A stretch of 64,000 nt of DNA from a virus. The stretch is from positions 1,975 through 65,974 of the IMG/VR virus record IMGVR_UViG_3300032087_005124. One strand, given 5' to 3'. Positions 37,436 through 49,800 of the stretch are shown piece by piece; the stretch's first letter is position 1; every line of letters starts with the position of its first letter. Under the pieces are notes generated by a model. The model was not told the DNA's origin, did not search any database, and saw only the letters and a program-made list of their open reading frames with translations. Both the position numbers and the translations under genes were made by a program.

Positions 37436-40400
37436 ATGCCAAACATCCTTATCAACCCAGAATCTGGATTTTTAGAGTTTAATACAGGCTCTGCATCAGG
37501 CAGCACTTTCGATACCTCTTTATCTGGAGCCGCCAGATTAAAGTTCCAAAACAGCGGAGAGTTAAATTTAACAAGTCTTGGTACTGGTGTAGCTGATAAA
37601 TTTACTGTAGATGGGTCAAATGGTAGGCTTTTGACGGTAAATAATACAGTTACTGGGTCTATTTTCTCGGTAAATGATGTCGCTGGATTGCCAATCGTAG
37701 AGGTTTTTAGTGACGATAGGGTTGTAATGGGTCAATATGCAACTGATGCTCTGGTCGTTTCAGGTAGCGATGTAACTTTTGCTAATATACCTACAGTAAG
37801 CGGTAATCCTTTTATTACTGGATTTACGGAAGGCGATACTCTACAAACCGTTACTGATAGAGGAGCGACTACGACTAATCTTCTAAGTCTTAATAACGGT
37901 GTTTCTGTTACAGATTCAATTCATCCAGTCACTATAAATAGAACAGATGGAAATCCTGCCTTAATATCTTTAAATACTCAAGGAACACTAAGATCTTATT
38001 TAGGAGCGAATAGTACAGATGCTCTTAATGTATGGAATGCCACTCCTACTAGATTATTGACTGTTTTAGATGGCGGTAATGTTGGAATAGGAGTTGCTGA
38101 CCCAGATGCGACTCTAGAAATTAAAAGCACGGGAACAAGTATTAATACAGAAGCATTCAGGGTTAGAAATGCTAATAACAGCGAACTTTTAAGAGTTGAC
38201 GATAATGGTATTGTCGTAGTTTCTAATAACTATTTTTATGCTTCTTCTAGTGCTGGAGCTTATGTCGAACATGACTTGCGGGTTAGAGGCTCTCTTCTTA
38301 ACGACCAAGGAACTTTAGCTATAAATGGTGATGTTAATTTTGATTCTGATACTTTATATGTAGATAGCACAAATAATAGAGTAGGTATAGGAACAACTAG
38401 TCTAATAAAAGAACTTCAAGTTAATGGATCTGTTCTTACAAAGAACAATGGAGGGTATCTTTCATATGACTTTCAAGGCAATATAGCTACCATCTTAAAC
38501 TTAACTACGGCTAATGAGCTTTCTATTGGTCAAGCTAGTCATGTTGACTCTATGTCATTTAATGTTGGAGGCACGGATGATGCGATTTTTATTAATTCTT
38601 CAGCTAATGTTGGTATAGGAACAATTAATCCCACAGCGAGTCTTGATGTCGTAGGAAACGCAAGAATTAAAGGGTCTTCTAGTGATGGCGTTTTGACTAT
38701 GGAGAACGCAGCGGGATCTCAAAGTCTTCGCATAGATCAAAACAGCCTTAGAACTAACACAAGTAATAATTTAACTTTATTTACTAGCGGTAACTCAACT
38801 CAACTGGTTTTACATCAAGGTGGGAATGTCGGCATAGGAACAAACAATCCAGCAGGTACAACAACTATTCATAGTGCCTTAGATTGCTCAAGTGATTTTA
38901 ATACTCATAATAAATACGCCTTAAATCTTCATAATTTAGCTAATGACACTAATGAAAGCATTGGTATTTCTTTTGGACTTTCAAGCGATGCAACAGCGGT
39001 AGGTGCTGCAATAGCTCACGAAAGAAAAGGCCCTTCAAGTTATGGGGATTTGTATTTTTTAACTAGACCAAGCGGTGGAAATGTAACTGAACGGATGCGT
39101 ATCACAAGCGCAGGTAATGTTGGTATAGGAAAAAATAATCCATCATATAAGCTTGAAATTGATGGCGGCGACTTTCTTGTTAGTACCGCAAATGGTGGAT
39201 ATGTACAAGTTGATGAATCAGATAACTCTTTAAAGCTTTCTGATAATATAAGGTTGAAATTAGGCACATCAAATGACATACAAATATATTCAGACAATGC
39301 GAATTTATACTATGATCACAATAATTATGATGTCTATTTTAGATCACTAACTAACGATAAGGATATTATTTTTGAAACCAGAACATCAGATTCGCAAGTT
39401 GAGATAATGCGTTTTGATGGATCGACTTCAAGAGTTGGTATAGGAACAAATAGTCCTGTTAGCAAAGTTCATATCGAAAATACAGCTTATGACTTGGATA
39501 GTTCTCCAGCAGTTGGTGACTTCCATTTAATGCTCAGAGATTTAGATAGTAGTACCTCTGGGGATGCAATTTCTATAGGGTTTGCACAAACAACTGATGC
39601 TAATACGGTAGGTGCGAAATTAAGCTTTTTAACTGAGGCATCACATTCAAGAGGTAGTTTAGTATTTTCAACTAATAGTACCGCAGACACAGGAGATAAT
39701 ACTGCTGAACGGCTGCGTATTACTTCTGCTGGTAATGTTGGTATAGGAAGAACTGATCCACAAACAAAGCTAGACGTTAATGGCACTTTTAGATCTGTAG
39801 GTATTGCATATCTAAATAGCGATGTGCAAGTTGGTGGTGATCAAATCATTTTTACAAATGATGCTGCGTCAGCATATATACAAGCCGCTGATGCTTTATA
39901 CATCGAATCTGATTACGATAATGATGATAGTAATAACAAACCAATAGTTTTCAAGTGTTCTGCTAGTGAGCGCATGATAATTCAAGGAGATGGTAAGGTT
40001 GGGATAGGAACTACTAGCCCTGATACTTTACTACATTTAGAAGCAAGCGATCCTGTATTAAAGATTAGAGACACATCTGATGCAACAAACTCTGCCACTC
40101 TCTGGCTGCAAGAAAGTGACAACTTTGGGGCGAAACTTCACTATAACAGTAATAGTAATAATTTTTTCACAATAGGCATTATAGACGGTGGTACTGAAAC
40201 AGAAAGGTTTGCAATTGATAGATACGGTGATGTAAAAATCGATACAGATACTTTATATGTAGACGTTTCCGAAGGTAATGTTGGTATAGGAACAAACTCT
40301 CCTTTAGGTAAACTAGAAGTTAATAGTTCAACTGTCATTGGGTCAGTTAACGCTGGTGCTGATGACTTTATTATTCAAAATTCTGGATATGCTGGAATGT

Positions 40401-43400
40401 CAATTATGGCCGCTAGCAATTCAGCGGGTCAAATACTTTTTGGTGATGAAAATGCGAATGTGGAAGGTAAGATTCAATACTTCCATTCAGATGATAGTTT
40501 TAGATTTAGCACAAATCAAAACGAAGCTGTTCGTATTACAAGCGGAGGTAATGTTGGTATTGGAACAACTAATCCAAGTAAGTCTCTTCATGTTAGTGGG
40601 GATGATGCAAATGGTGAACTAATTAAACTTGAGGGAGATGCGAGTTATGGAGCTACAATTCAATATGGAAGATCAATAAATTATCTTTGGAGAGCGGGTG
40701 TTGGAGGAGGATCTTCTACTAACTCAAAAATTCCAACAAGTTATTGGGGCATAGAAGATGTTACTTCAAGCGACACTCCATCTATAGTCTGTAGACCGAT
40801 TAATCAGTATGTAGGAGTTAAAAATACAAATCCTCAATACGAACTTGATGTAAGTGGCACAATTCACGGCACAAGCGGAAACTTTGAAAATGGTATTACT
40901 ATAAATGGTAATCCTGTCATGACAGGAGCTAGCGATTTAGATACTGATACCCTTCAAACGGTTACCGACAGAGGTAATATAACAACCAATGATATTGGCG
41001 CTGGAACAATAACAGGAAATACTTTAGTCATTACTGGTGCTAATTCTACCTTCAAAGCTTTTGAACAAGCTAACGATGATTTCCGTATAGGGACAGACAC
41101 TGCTGATGATATAAGTATAATAACTAATGGTAGCAGAAGGTTAACTGTTACTGATGCTGGTAATGTAGGTATTGGGACAACTGATCCAACAGCGCAATAC
41201 GACAAAACTATACATATTGAGGGAGCGAATCCTACCTTTAGAGCAGAAACGAATGCCTCTGCGGGTTGGGCTTATAATCAATACGTAAGTCCAGAGACCA
41301 CTTGGTCAGTCGGGATAGACCATAATGATAAATATATTATAGCTAACTCTGCAACTTTAAACAGTAATATTAAATTCGTTATAGATGATGCTAACGGCAA
41401 TGTCGGTATAGGAACGACTGCACCAGAACAACCCTTCCATTTGGCAGCAACTAATTACAAGCCAGCTTTAATACAAAGAACCGCTGGAACTAATTGTTAC
41501 TTATTATTAGAAGATCAAAATACCACTCAAGATGTAGGTGTTGGAGCTACCACAAATGACCTAAAATTCAGAGCAGGAAATGTTGATTATATGGCTCTTA
41601 ACAGTGTTGGTGTTTTAAATGTCGGCACAGAAGCTGTAACAGATACAAAGCTTTTTGTCACTGGCGCTCGTTCTGATAGCCTTGCAAGATTTAAAGATGG
41701 CTCAGATGGAGTAGAAATAACTACAAGAGGAGTTTCAAGACAACAAATTGACTTCTTGGGTTCTAATACTTCTGCTATAAATGCAAAAGGTTCTCTGCAT
41801 ATTAATTATGATTCAGATAATAATGGGTCTAATGATAGTATACATTTCACTAGAAATGGTGCGGATGAGGCTGGCACTGTTGATATGGTTATCAAAGAGG
41901 GTAATGTCGGTATAGGAGTAGGTGACCCAGATGCTATGTTGCAAATAGGAGATGGAAGTTCAGAGGCTACTCTATTTCATAGTTATGACCAATATAATGA
42001 AGTAAAGTTTTATGGTTTCAGTGACACCACTGACAGTGGTGTTTGGCAGTTTATAAATGATGGGACTTGGGATCAAACAAGATTTTTTATTCAAGATGCT
42101 AATAACTCAAGCAGCCGTTTAACCTTACATGTAAAAGGTAATAATGGAGCTACCGAAATTTTAGCTGCAACCTCTGCGGGTAATGTAGGTATAGGAACAA
42201 CTAATCCTGCTGAATTGCTACATGTGGAGGGCAGTAATGCAACAGTAAATGTAGTAGAAAACGGTGCTGCTACTGTAAAACTCCGAGCAGGATCTGTTGG
42301 TAGGGTGGGGACATACTCAAACCATGATTTTTCTATCGTCAGCAATAGCACGGATCAAGTCCGTATTAAGAGTGATGGTAATGTCGGTATAGGAACAACT
42401 AACCCACAAGTAAAATTAGATCTTCGTGGTGATATGAGGTTGGATAGCGCGGGCAATACTGATAGAAGCATTTACTTTAGAAATCAAGCTACTGCGGGAA
42501 AAGTAAGAAGTGATGCCTCTTTGCAATTTGACGTAGGAGTTTCGGATTCTCCTAGTGTCGCAATGTATATTGAAGAGGATACCAGAAATGTTGGTATACT
42601 TACTACTGACCCACAATCAAGACTTGATGTGAGTTTAGGTGCTGGAGCGACTTCTCCCACAATGAATTCCACTGGAGTTAATAATCTATTAACTCTACGA
42701 GTAGGAAATAATGAAGATCCTGCAAATGTTGCAAACGCAGGTGCTAAGTGGGGAATGAGATTAAGAGGGTTTGTTAATGACAATTCTAGCCCAAATAGAA
42801 AAACTGCTGCTGTTTACGCTGTTTCTGAGGATGTTGGAGCAGGTTATAACAGAAGAGTCGGAATGGCCTTGCACACAAGTCCATTTGATTCAGACCATGT
42901 AGAGAGAGTACGTATAGATGCTGAAGGTTTAGTAGGTATAGGAACAAACGACCCTCGATCACGCCTTCATGTTTATGAAGATGCTGTTAATAATGCATCA
43001 AATGCCGATTACGGCATAGCAGCTTTTGAAAATGTCAATAAAGAAGGTTTAAGTATTGGCTATGATGCAGACGATAACTATACTTATTTATATAGTAGAG
43101 AAGTTGGAGTTGCTAGTAGATCATTAAGATTAAATGGATCAATATACGTAGAGAATTATGACGGAAATGTTGGTATTGGAACAACTGATCCTGATAAAAC
43201 TCTTCAGGTAGGAGGGCAAGTAAGAATTGATGGTTCTACAACAGATGGACTGACAATAACATCTAATGCAGGGGCTAGCAGAGGACTTGAACTTTACAAT
43301 AACTCAAGCACAGACACTGCTAAAATTATAAACTATTATAATGGACCATTAATCTTGGGTCAATCAAACGCTGATGTCTTAACTATTGATAATGATAGTG

Positions 43401-44023
43401 TTGGTATTAATGTCGCTGCCCCCGCAGGTGACAAACTAATGGTTCAAGCAGAGAATAATTATTTTGCTGCTCGTTTAGATGGATCAACTACAGCGGGTCA
43501 GAGTAGAGGTTTAAGAGTTAGAGCAGGATATAATTCAAGTGATTTCCCTGTATTGATTGAAAAAGGAGACGGAACAGACATTTTTATAATTGATGGATTG
43601 GGTAATGTAGGCATAGGAAGCGCTCCAAGCTATGAACTTGATGTCGCTGGTACTACAAGATCTACTTACTACATCGGTGGTGCTTACTTAGAGGAGAACG
43701 CATCTTCCAGCAAATTGAAATTTTACAAAGACGGAACAGTCCTTGTTATAGACGGAGATGGTGAATTAAAACCATGCGATAAAGAAAATGACACTTTAGT
43801 TTTTGGTGTTAGTAAAATAGATTTTGATTCTCCTGTAGTGCTTGGAGCAGAGCCTATTCTTGTAACAGGCCCAATTAAAGTCGGTGATTATATTGTTACA
43901 TCAAGCAAACAAGGCCATGGGCAAGCCATGAAAGAGCAAAACCTAGGCACGATTATAGCCCAAGCCATGGAAAATGGCGATGGCGAATCGTATAATATTA
44001 AAGCGATGATTAGAAAAATGTAA
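37436..44023 (+). CDS. Giant modular tail fibre/adhesin 2 (2195 aa)
   Basis: About 21 GNVGIGT-type linkers; C-terminal EPILVTGPIKVGDYIVTSSKQGHG domain resembling fibre-tip chaperone/autocleavage domains. Confidence 0.8.
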   Translation: MPNILINPESGFLEFNTGSASGSTFDTSLSGAARLKFQNSGELNLTSLGTGVADKFTVDGSNGRLLTVNNTVTGSIFSVNDVAGLPIVEVFSDDRVVMGQYATDALVVSGSDVTFANIPTVSGNPFITGFTEGDTLQTVTDRGATTTNLLSLNNGVSVTDSIHPVTINRTDGNPALISLNTQGTLRSYLGANSTDALNVWNATPTRLLTVLDGGNVGIGVADPDATLEIKSTGTSINTEAFRVRNANNSELLRVDDNGIVVVSNNYFYASSSAGAYVEHDLRVRGSLLNDQGTLAINGDVNFDSDTLYVDSTNNRVGIGTTSLIKELQVNGSVLTKNNGGYLSYDFQGNIATILNLTTANELSIGQASHVDSMSFNVGGTDDAIFINSSANVGIGTINPTASLDVVGNARIKGSSSDGVLTMENAAGSQSLRIDQNSLRTNTSNNLTLFTSGNSTQLVLHQGGNVGIGTNNPAGTTTIHSALDCSSDFNTHNKYALNLHNLANDTNESIGISFGLSSDATAVGAAIAHERKGPSSYGDLYFLTRPSGGNVTERMRITSAGNVGIGKNNPSYKLEIDGGDFLVSTANGGYVQVDESDNSLKLSDNIRLKLGTSNDIQIYSDNANLYYDHNNYDVYFRSLTNDKDIIFETRTSDSQVEIMRFDGSTSRVGIGTNSPVSKVHIENTAYDLDSSPAVGDFHLMLRDLDSSTSGDAISIGFAQTTDANTVGAKLSFLTEASHSRGSLVFSTNSTADTGDNTAERLRITSAGNVGIGRTDPQTKLDVNGTFRSVGIAYLNSDVQVGGDQIIFTNDAASAYIQAADALYIESDYDNDDSNNKPIVFKCSASERMIIQGDGKVGIGTTSPDTLLHLEASDPVLKIRDTSDATNSATLWLQESDNFGAKLHYNSNSNNFFTIGIIDGGTETERFAIDRYGDVKIDTDTLYVDVSEGNVGIGTNSPLGKLEVNSSTVIGSVNAGADDFIIQNSGYAGMSIMAASNSAGQILFGDENANVEGKIQYFHSDDSFRFSTNQNEAVRITSGGNVGIGTTNPSKSLHVSGDDANGELIKLEGDASYGATIQYGRSINYLWRAGVGGGSSTNSKIPTSYWGIEDVTSSDTPSIVCRPINQYVGVKNTNPQYELDVSGTIHGTSGNFENGITINGNPVMTGASDLDTDTLQTVTDRGNITTNDIGAGTITGNTLVITGANSTFKAFEQANDDFRIGTDTADDISIITNGSRRLTVTDAGNVGIGTTDPTAQYDKTIHIEGANPTFRAETNASAGWAYNQYVSPETTWSVGIDHNDKYIIANSATLNSNIKFVIDDANGNVGIGTTAPEQPFHLAATNYKPALIQRTAGTNCYLLLEDQNTTQDVGVGATTNDLKFRAGNVDYMALNSVGVLNVGTEAVTDTKLFVTGARSDSLARFKDGSDGVEITTRGVSRQQIDFLGSNTSAINAKGSLHINYDSDNNGSNDSIHFTRNGADEAGTVDMVIKEGNVGIGVGDPDAMLQIGDGSSEATLFHSYDQYNEVKFYGFSDTTDSGVWQFINDGTWDQTRFFIQDANNSSSRLTLHVKGNNGATEILAATSAGNVGIGTTNPAELLHVEGSNATVNVVENGAATVKLRAGSVGRVGTYSNHDFSIVSNSTDQVRIKSDGNVGIGTTNPQVKLDLRGDMRLDSAGNTDRSIYFRNQATAGKVRSDASLQFDVGVSDSPSVAMYIEEDTRNVGILTTDPQSRLDVSLGAGATSPTMNSTGVNNLLTLRVGNNEDPANVANAGAKWGMRLRGFVNDNSSPNRKTAAVYAVSEDVGAGYNRRVGMALHTSPFDSDHVERVRIDAEGLVGIGTNDPRSRLHVYEDAVNNASNADYGIAAFENVNKEGLSIGYDADDNYTYLYSREVGVASRSLRLNGSIYVENYDGNVGIGTTDPDKTLQVGGQVRIDGSTTDGLTITSNAGASRGLELYNNSSTDTAKIINYYNGPLILGQSNADVLTIDNDSVGINVAAPAGDKLMVQAENNYFAARLDGSTTAGQSRGLRVRAGYNSSDFPVLIEKGDGTDIFIIDGLGNVGIGSAPSYELDVAGTTRSTYYIGGAYLEENASSSKLKFYKDGTVLVIDGDGELKPCDKENDTLVFGVSKIDFDSPVVLGAEPILVTGPIKVGDYIVTSSKQGHGQAMKEQNLGTIIAQAMENGDGESYNIKAMIRKM

Positions 44024-44220
44024 TGAGAGTTTATTTTAAATACGATAAAAACACAAATGAGACTTCTCTTTATGGAGACGAGGATGCTTTGAATCTTTTT
44101 GAAGTAGAAAGTATTACAAATGATGATGATGAAGTTTTATTAAGTGTTGTTGTTAAAGTGGGAATGGAACCTTTGGGAGCGCCTCAAACTATAGAAGAAA
44201 TGATAGAATTTGAAGATTAA
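44023..44220 (+). CDS. Small acidic hypothetical protein
   Basis: Coupled TAATG junctions on both sides. Confidence 0.55.
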   Translation: MRVYFKYDKNTNETSLYGDEDALNLFEVESITNDDDEVLLSVVVKVGMEPLGAPQTIEEMIEFED

Positions 44221-46859
44221 TGGCAGCTTACACATCTACACAAAACGGCAATTTTAATGATGCTTCCACATGGGGTGGTGGTGGTTTTCCTAATGCAAAT
44301 GGAGATACATTCACTATAACAAATGGGCATACCGTTGTTTACAATGTTAGTGGCACTATCTCTGACGGTTTTGGAAATTCTAATATCTATGGGCATTTAA
44401 GACACTCTGGCGGAATGGTTACAGAGTTAAGAATGGATGGAAACTTAGACGTAAGAACAAATGGTCTTTATGAAATGGTGGATGACAGCACCTTAGTTTT
44501 TAAAGGGACAAATGCTGACGATCATGGTTTAAATGTAAGAGCTGAAGCTGGAGCGAGTTTTTTAGCTACTGGAAGTTCACCAACGCAAGAAACAAAACTT
44601 TCTGCTTCTGGAGATGTTGGAGATGCATATTTTAGTGTTGATAGTTCAACTAATTTTGCATCAGGTGACTGGTGTAGCATTCATTATAGATATCATGATT
44701 TAAAAACAAGAGACCAATGGATTGCTAATACAAATTACCCCACTGGTCCTTTATCTGGAGATGGTGTTAATCAATCAAGAAGTTCTTGGGAATCTGACAA
44801 CCAAGCTCACAATGAATCAGCGCATAGTTTAGATGAGGGTTTTATTATTCATGATATTGATAGCAATAATATTTATCCAAGGCAATTAGTTGGTCCTGAA
44901 GATACAGTTGTTTCAGCTAGAGATAATAAAATAAAAGTAAATGACTCTAGAATTTTTAGAGTTGGGCAAACTTTAATTTTTGGAAATGGCAGCGATAGAA
45001 ATGTTTTAGTTATTTCTGATATTAACAATAATTTAAATAGAATAACTTTTGAAAGTAATCTATCTAGCACCAACGTTGTTGGACAAAAAGTTTACTTAGG
45101 CGGCGCTGTATCACACCACTATGCAAAATCTACTGTAAGGCGAGTCGCATCTATGGTGACATCTCATACAGCAAAAGATTCTACAACTATAACTATAAAT
45201 GATGCTAGTGATTATTCTGTTGGTGATGAATTTTACGTTGATCACATAAAAACTGATGATGAAACTTTTGACCAGTTATTTCCTAATGACAATAATAATT
45301 GGTATTTAGATACAAACAAAAGGCACTTAATAAGCAACAAATCAGGAAACACTTTGACATTTAGCCCCGCTTTACCTCATGCGGTTGCAGTAAACACTTT
45401 CTTATATAAAGCTAATAGAAAAATAACAATAAGAGGCGCAGATTATTCTGTAGATAAGCCTTATGTATATTTTCAATATAGAACCACTGGAACTACTATA
45501 GATGGTCAAACCAGATATGATAGAAAACTTTTAATAAAAGATGTTCAGTTTTTAGGTTTAGGTAATAGTAGTTCTTCTTACCAACTTTGGTTTAGAGGAG
45601 GTTATAACGACGGCTATTGGAGATATTCTCACACTTGTGAAGGTGTTGTAGTTGATGGTATGGGGAATTCTGATGCTAATTACATAAGAGCAGACAGTTA
45701 CTTCTATAGTATGTGGAGAAACTGGATTATAGCTAACATGTATAGAGGTGGGTATTCTGGTAGTACAGATAATAACATATTTAATTCTGTTTATTTAAAC
45801 TGCCGCCGATCAAACGAAAATAGATATGTATATTATCGTAATGGTAAGTATTGGTTTAATAGAATGGTTAGAATAAGAGAATATGATTATTCAAGATCTC
45901 CAAGTAAAATGGGGGGTCAAATAAGTCATTATCAAAATTATTACAATGGAGAATATGGTATATATTTACATGATGCCGCAGAAATGTTTCAATGCGAAAT
46001 ACATTACAGATATTACCCTATCAGAGCTTACTATGGAACTCAAAAATCAATCAGTTACAGTAAATGTGTAGCGGAGGTTATTAATAATAATGATGAAACT
46101 TATTATGAAAGTTCTAGATCTATTGATAGATATAGCCCAGAGTTTAATTTATTATTTAAAGATAAAGATTATATTTTAGGTAATGATTTTATTTATTCTG
46201 GTGGAGTTGCAAAATGTTGGAAAGAAGAAGAGGGCGCTTACAGGGTTTATGGTGGTATAAGTGGGGGATATGCAGATCCAGATGGGTCTTATCAAGAAAT
46301 TGAAGTGCCAGCAAGAGCTACAATTAGGATAACTGGTGAAGCTAAATTGCCAGAAACAACATATAATAATGCAACAAGTTGGAGTTATTGCCCGCATTTA
46401 ATCTATTATTTTATTTCAGATAGGAATCATTATACAGGGACATATAGTGACCAGTATTATTATTCAGATTTTTTTAGTGGTAATAAAAACAGTAGATATT
46501 TGATTAAGCCAGATGTTCATGTGAATTTTGGCAGTCAAGGTAGATTTGATTACGATAGCACTACCCCAGCGGAAAGTTACCAAAACACACCGTTTAATTC
46601 AAAAACTCAATACAATAGCAAAACTATCACAATAACTAATGAGAGTTGGTTTCCTAAGAAACTTAGAGTTGGATTTTGTTCTGTAAGCTCTAATGCTAGA
46701 CTTGGGTGGTGGGAAAAACCCTTAAAAATAGCAATAACCAATGAAGGTGGAATAGGTAATAGAAGATTAAATACTCTTAAAAAGGTAGGAGAATACATCT
46801 TTAAGATAGGTGTAAGTACAGTAAACAACATTAAAAGAATCGGAGGTTCTAGAATATAA
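44220..46859 (+). CDS. Large beta-rich virion protein with G8-like N-terminus (tailspike/adhesin-like)
   Basis: NGNFNDASTWGGGGFP...DTFTITNGHTV start; Tyr/Asn-rich beta-helix-like C-terminal half. Confidence 0.55.
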   Translation: MAAYTSTQNGNFNDASTWGGGGFPNANGDTFTITNGHTVVYNVSGTISDGFGNSNIYGHLRHSGGMVTELRMDGNLDVRTNGLYEMVDDSTLVFKGTNADDHGLNVRAEAGASFLATGSSPTQETKLSASGDVGDAYFSVDSSTNFASGDWCSIHYRYHDLKTRDQWIANTNYPTGPLSGDGVNQSRSSWESDNQAHNESAHSLDEGFIIHDIDSNNIYPRQLVGPEDTVVSARDNKIKVNDSRIFRVGQTLIFGNGSDRNVLVISDINNNLNRITFESNLSSTNVVGQKVYLGGAVSHHYAKSTVRRVASMVTSHTAKDSTTITINDASDYSVGDEFYVDHIKTDDETFDQLFPNDNNNWYLDTNKRHLISNKSGNTLTFSPALPHAVAVNTFLYKANRKITIRGADYSVDKPYVYFQYRTTGTTIDGQTRYDRKLLIKDVQFLGLGNSSSSYQLWFRGGYNDGYWRYSHTCEGVVVDGMGNSDANYIRADSYFYSMWRNWIIANMYRGGYSGSTDNNIFNSVYLNCRRSNENRYVYYRNGKYWFNRMVRIREYDYSRSPSKMGGQISHYQNYYNGEYGIYLHDAAEMFQCEIHYRYYPIRAYYGTQKSISYSKCVAEVINNNDETYYESSRSIDRYSPEFNLLFKDKDYILGNDFIYSGGVAKCWKEEEGAYRVYGGISGGYADPDGSYQEIEVPARATIRITGEAKLPETTYNNATSWSYCPHLIYYFISDRNHYTGTYSDQYYYSDFFSGNKNSRYLIKPDVHVNFGSQGRFDYDSTTPAESYQNTPFNSKTQYNSKTITITNESWFPKKLRVGFCSVSSNARLGWWEKPLKIAITNEGGIGNRRLNTLKKVGEYIFKIGVSTVNNIKRIGGSRI

Positions 46860-49800
46860 TGCCAACAGTAACAGGAGACAATTTCTATATAGATAAACAC
46901 ACACTCCAGTTTAGAACTGGGGAGACAGGAGTAGCTTCTATTGTTTATGATAAAACTGATGAAAGTATTAGTATTGCTAATGCTGGCACAGGTCAAATAA
47001 GTATAGGAGATGCAGGTGGAGATATTTATATCGGAGATGGAAGTACTGAGACTGATATTATTTTTGAGCAGAATGGAGCTATAAGAGCTTTAACAAACAA
47101 AACTTTAAAGTTAGGTCAGGGTGATTCTGATGTAAAAGTAGAAGCACAAAACTTTCTTGTTACTGGGGATGCAGGATTTAGCGGGGTAGTTACAATAAAT
47201 GGCAACCCTGTAATGACAGGAGCCAATCCTTATGATGAGGATACTCTACAGACTGTTACTGATAGGGGGGCGACTACTACAAATGCGATAACCTTACAAA
47301 ACAATTTAACTTTATCGTATAATTATCCAAGGATAAATTTAACTGACACTAATAATGATTCTGACTACTCCATAATAAACAATGATGGAAGTTTTGGAAT
47401 TTATGATGTTACAAACACAGCTTATCGTTTGCAGATTTTATCTGGAGGCAATGTCGGTATAGGAAGCGCAACTCCTGCTTACAAGCTTGATGTTGCAGGA
47501 GATATAGCTACAGATAGATATATAAGGCATAACGGAGATACAAATACTTACTTTGGTTTCCCTTCTGATGATACTATTCAATTCAATACTAATTCATCAG
47601 AGAGAATGCGTATTACAAGCGCAGGTAATGTTGGTATAGGAACAAATAGTCCCAATCAAAAGTTTGTTGTTACAGCTAGATCAAACTTTGACTCACAAAA
47701 TAATTTCTACGGTTCTTGGGTAGATGGAAACACTGCTGGAGACAGCTTCTTTGCTGTTGGTCAGTGGTGGAATGTTGGAGGCCGTATGCAAGCGGGTTCC
47801 AATAACATGTATATCCATACTCATAATAGCTCACATGATTTAGTTCTGCAAAGTGGCGGGGGATATGTAGGCATAGGAACAAATAGTCCATCGCAAAAAT
47901 TAGAAATTATAGCAGATGCTACTGCATTAGCAGATCAACCAGCAGAGCCTTTATTTGTACATAATGATGGCAATAGTATTGATGGTAGAGTTTTCTTATC
48001 TGTTAAACATGATGAAATAACTACAGCTCAAGCTCTTGGTGCTGGATTAAAAATGACAGCGGGCGCGGTTACTGCGGGAACTGCATCTTACTTTGATTCT
48101 TTAATATTTTTAGAAGGCGCTGCCGCAGGTAGCGACACAATTCATTCTGCGCCAAAGGCTATTAAATTTTATGTAGATAACCATGGTACAGCAGCGGGAG
48201 ATGGAAATGATTATAGTCAACTTGGTGATCTTAGGTTAACTATCGCAGAGGATGGCAATATTGGTATAGGTGATGCTAGTCCTATTGGAGATTTACAAAT
48301 TGGCACTAATGTCTTTAGTGGGGCTAATGGTGTCTATGCAGATGACCGTATTGGCCTTTCTGTAAATGGCGGTCTTAAAAGCATGGTTTATGCTTCTACT
48401 TATAATAATGCTACATATCCAGACTATGGTATGGTCTTTATTCATGGGCCTAATACTGGTGATTATAATGTCTGGAGTATTTCACCTGATGGACCAGCAA
48501 AAGGAAGTGGTTTAAATTTTATTTACAGAAAAGATGCTACAAATATACATACAACAACCCCAAAAGTTGTTTTTGATGGTAATGGCAATGTTGGAATAGG
48601 AACGAATGATCCTAATGTGCCACTAGAGATTGCCATGAATTCCACTGAATTGGTTAATTTGGGTTCTAGTGGGCCTAATGCTACAATACAATTCGGTTCT
48701 GCTAGTAGCACAACTTTTGGAAGTATTGGAGCTAGGCAAACAAATACCTCTCAATCTGCATTAGGATTTTTGGCAGCTACACCAAATTCCTCTACTGCTC
48801 TTTATGGCGACATGTTTTTCTCTACTAGAGAAAATGATGACAGTGATTTTAGCACAACCGCAGGTAAAAGAGCTTTCTCTTTTGTGAGGTATACAAATCC
48901 GCTAATGACCATCATGCGTGATGGCAAAGTTGGTATAGGAACAACAAGTCCAGAAGATTTACTTACAGTTTCAGCAGGTGCAGGATCATCAACCACCGAC
49001 TTAGTGAATGTCGGAGGAACTGGAAATGGTCGTATGCTAGTAAGGCATATAGAAGGGAAAGATTTTAATAGTGCAAGTCTTGATACATTATATTTAAATT
49101 ATGATAGCAATGGTGCTATTATAGCAGCTTATGGAGGCGGTAATGTTGGAATAGGAACAAATAATCCTGACGCTAAACTACATTTACATAAAAATTCTGC
49201 GGGATCGGTTTCAGCCATAAGCCAATCAACCTTAGTTGTTGAAAATAATTCAGCTAACGCCATATCGATGTTGACTCCGAACAACACAACATCTTATTTG
49301 GTTTTTGGTGACCCAGACGATAACCAAAGAGGTTACCTTAGTTATACTCATGCTGATGACACTATGAGATTTAAAGTTGGTGGTGATGAAAGAATGTTTA
49401 TCACTGGCAATGGTAATATTTCTATAGGAACAACAGCCCTTGCTCCACATAAACTGAACGTAAAAGGCACAATCGTTCACCTAAACGATTCAAATATTCA
49501 AGTTGTTGGGATAACTAATGCTAATGGTGATGGTAGATTTTATGCAAACAACGCTGGAGGGGTAACAAAAGCTCTAATTGATTCTAATGGAGATAGCTAC
49601 ATTAATGGTGATAAGTTTCATGTTGGGGTGCAAAGTTCATCCCATGCATTTGTTCATATTAATGGAAGACAACTTGTAGAATCTCCAACCGTTCCTTCTA
49701 CTGTAACGATATCAGATTCAGGAGATTCGACAAAAGCAATAAGAATAGGTTATGAGCCTACTTGGGACGTAGGATGTATCTCTGCTTCTGATCTTGGAGC

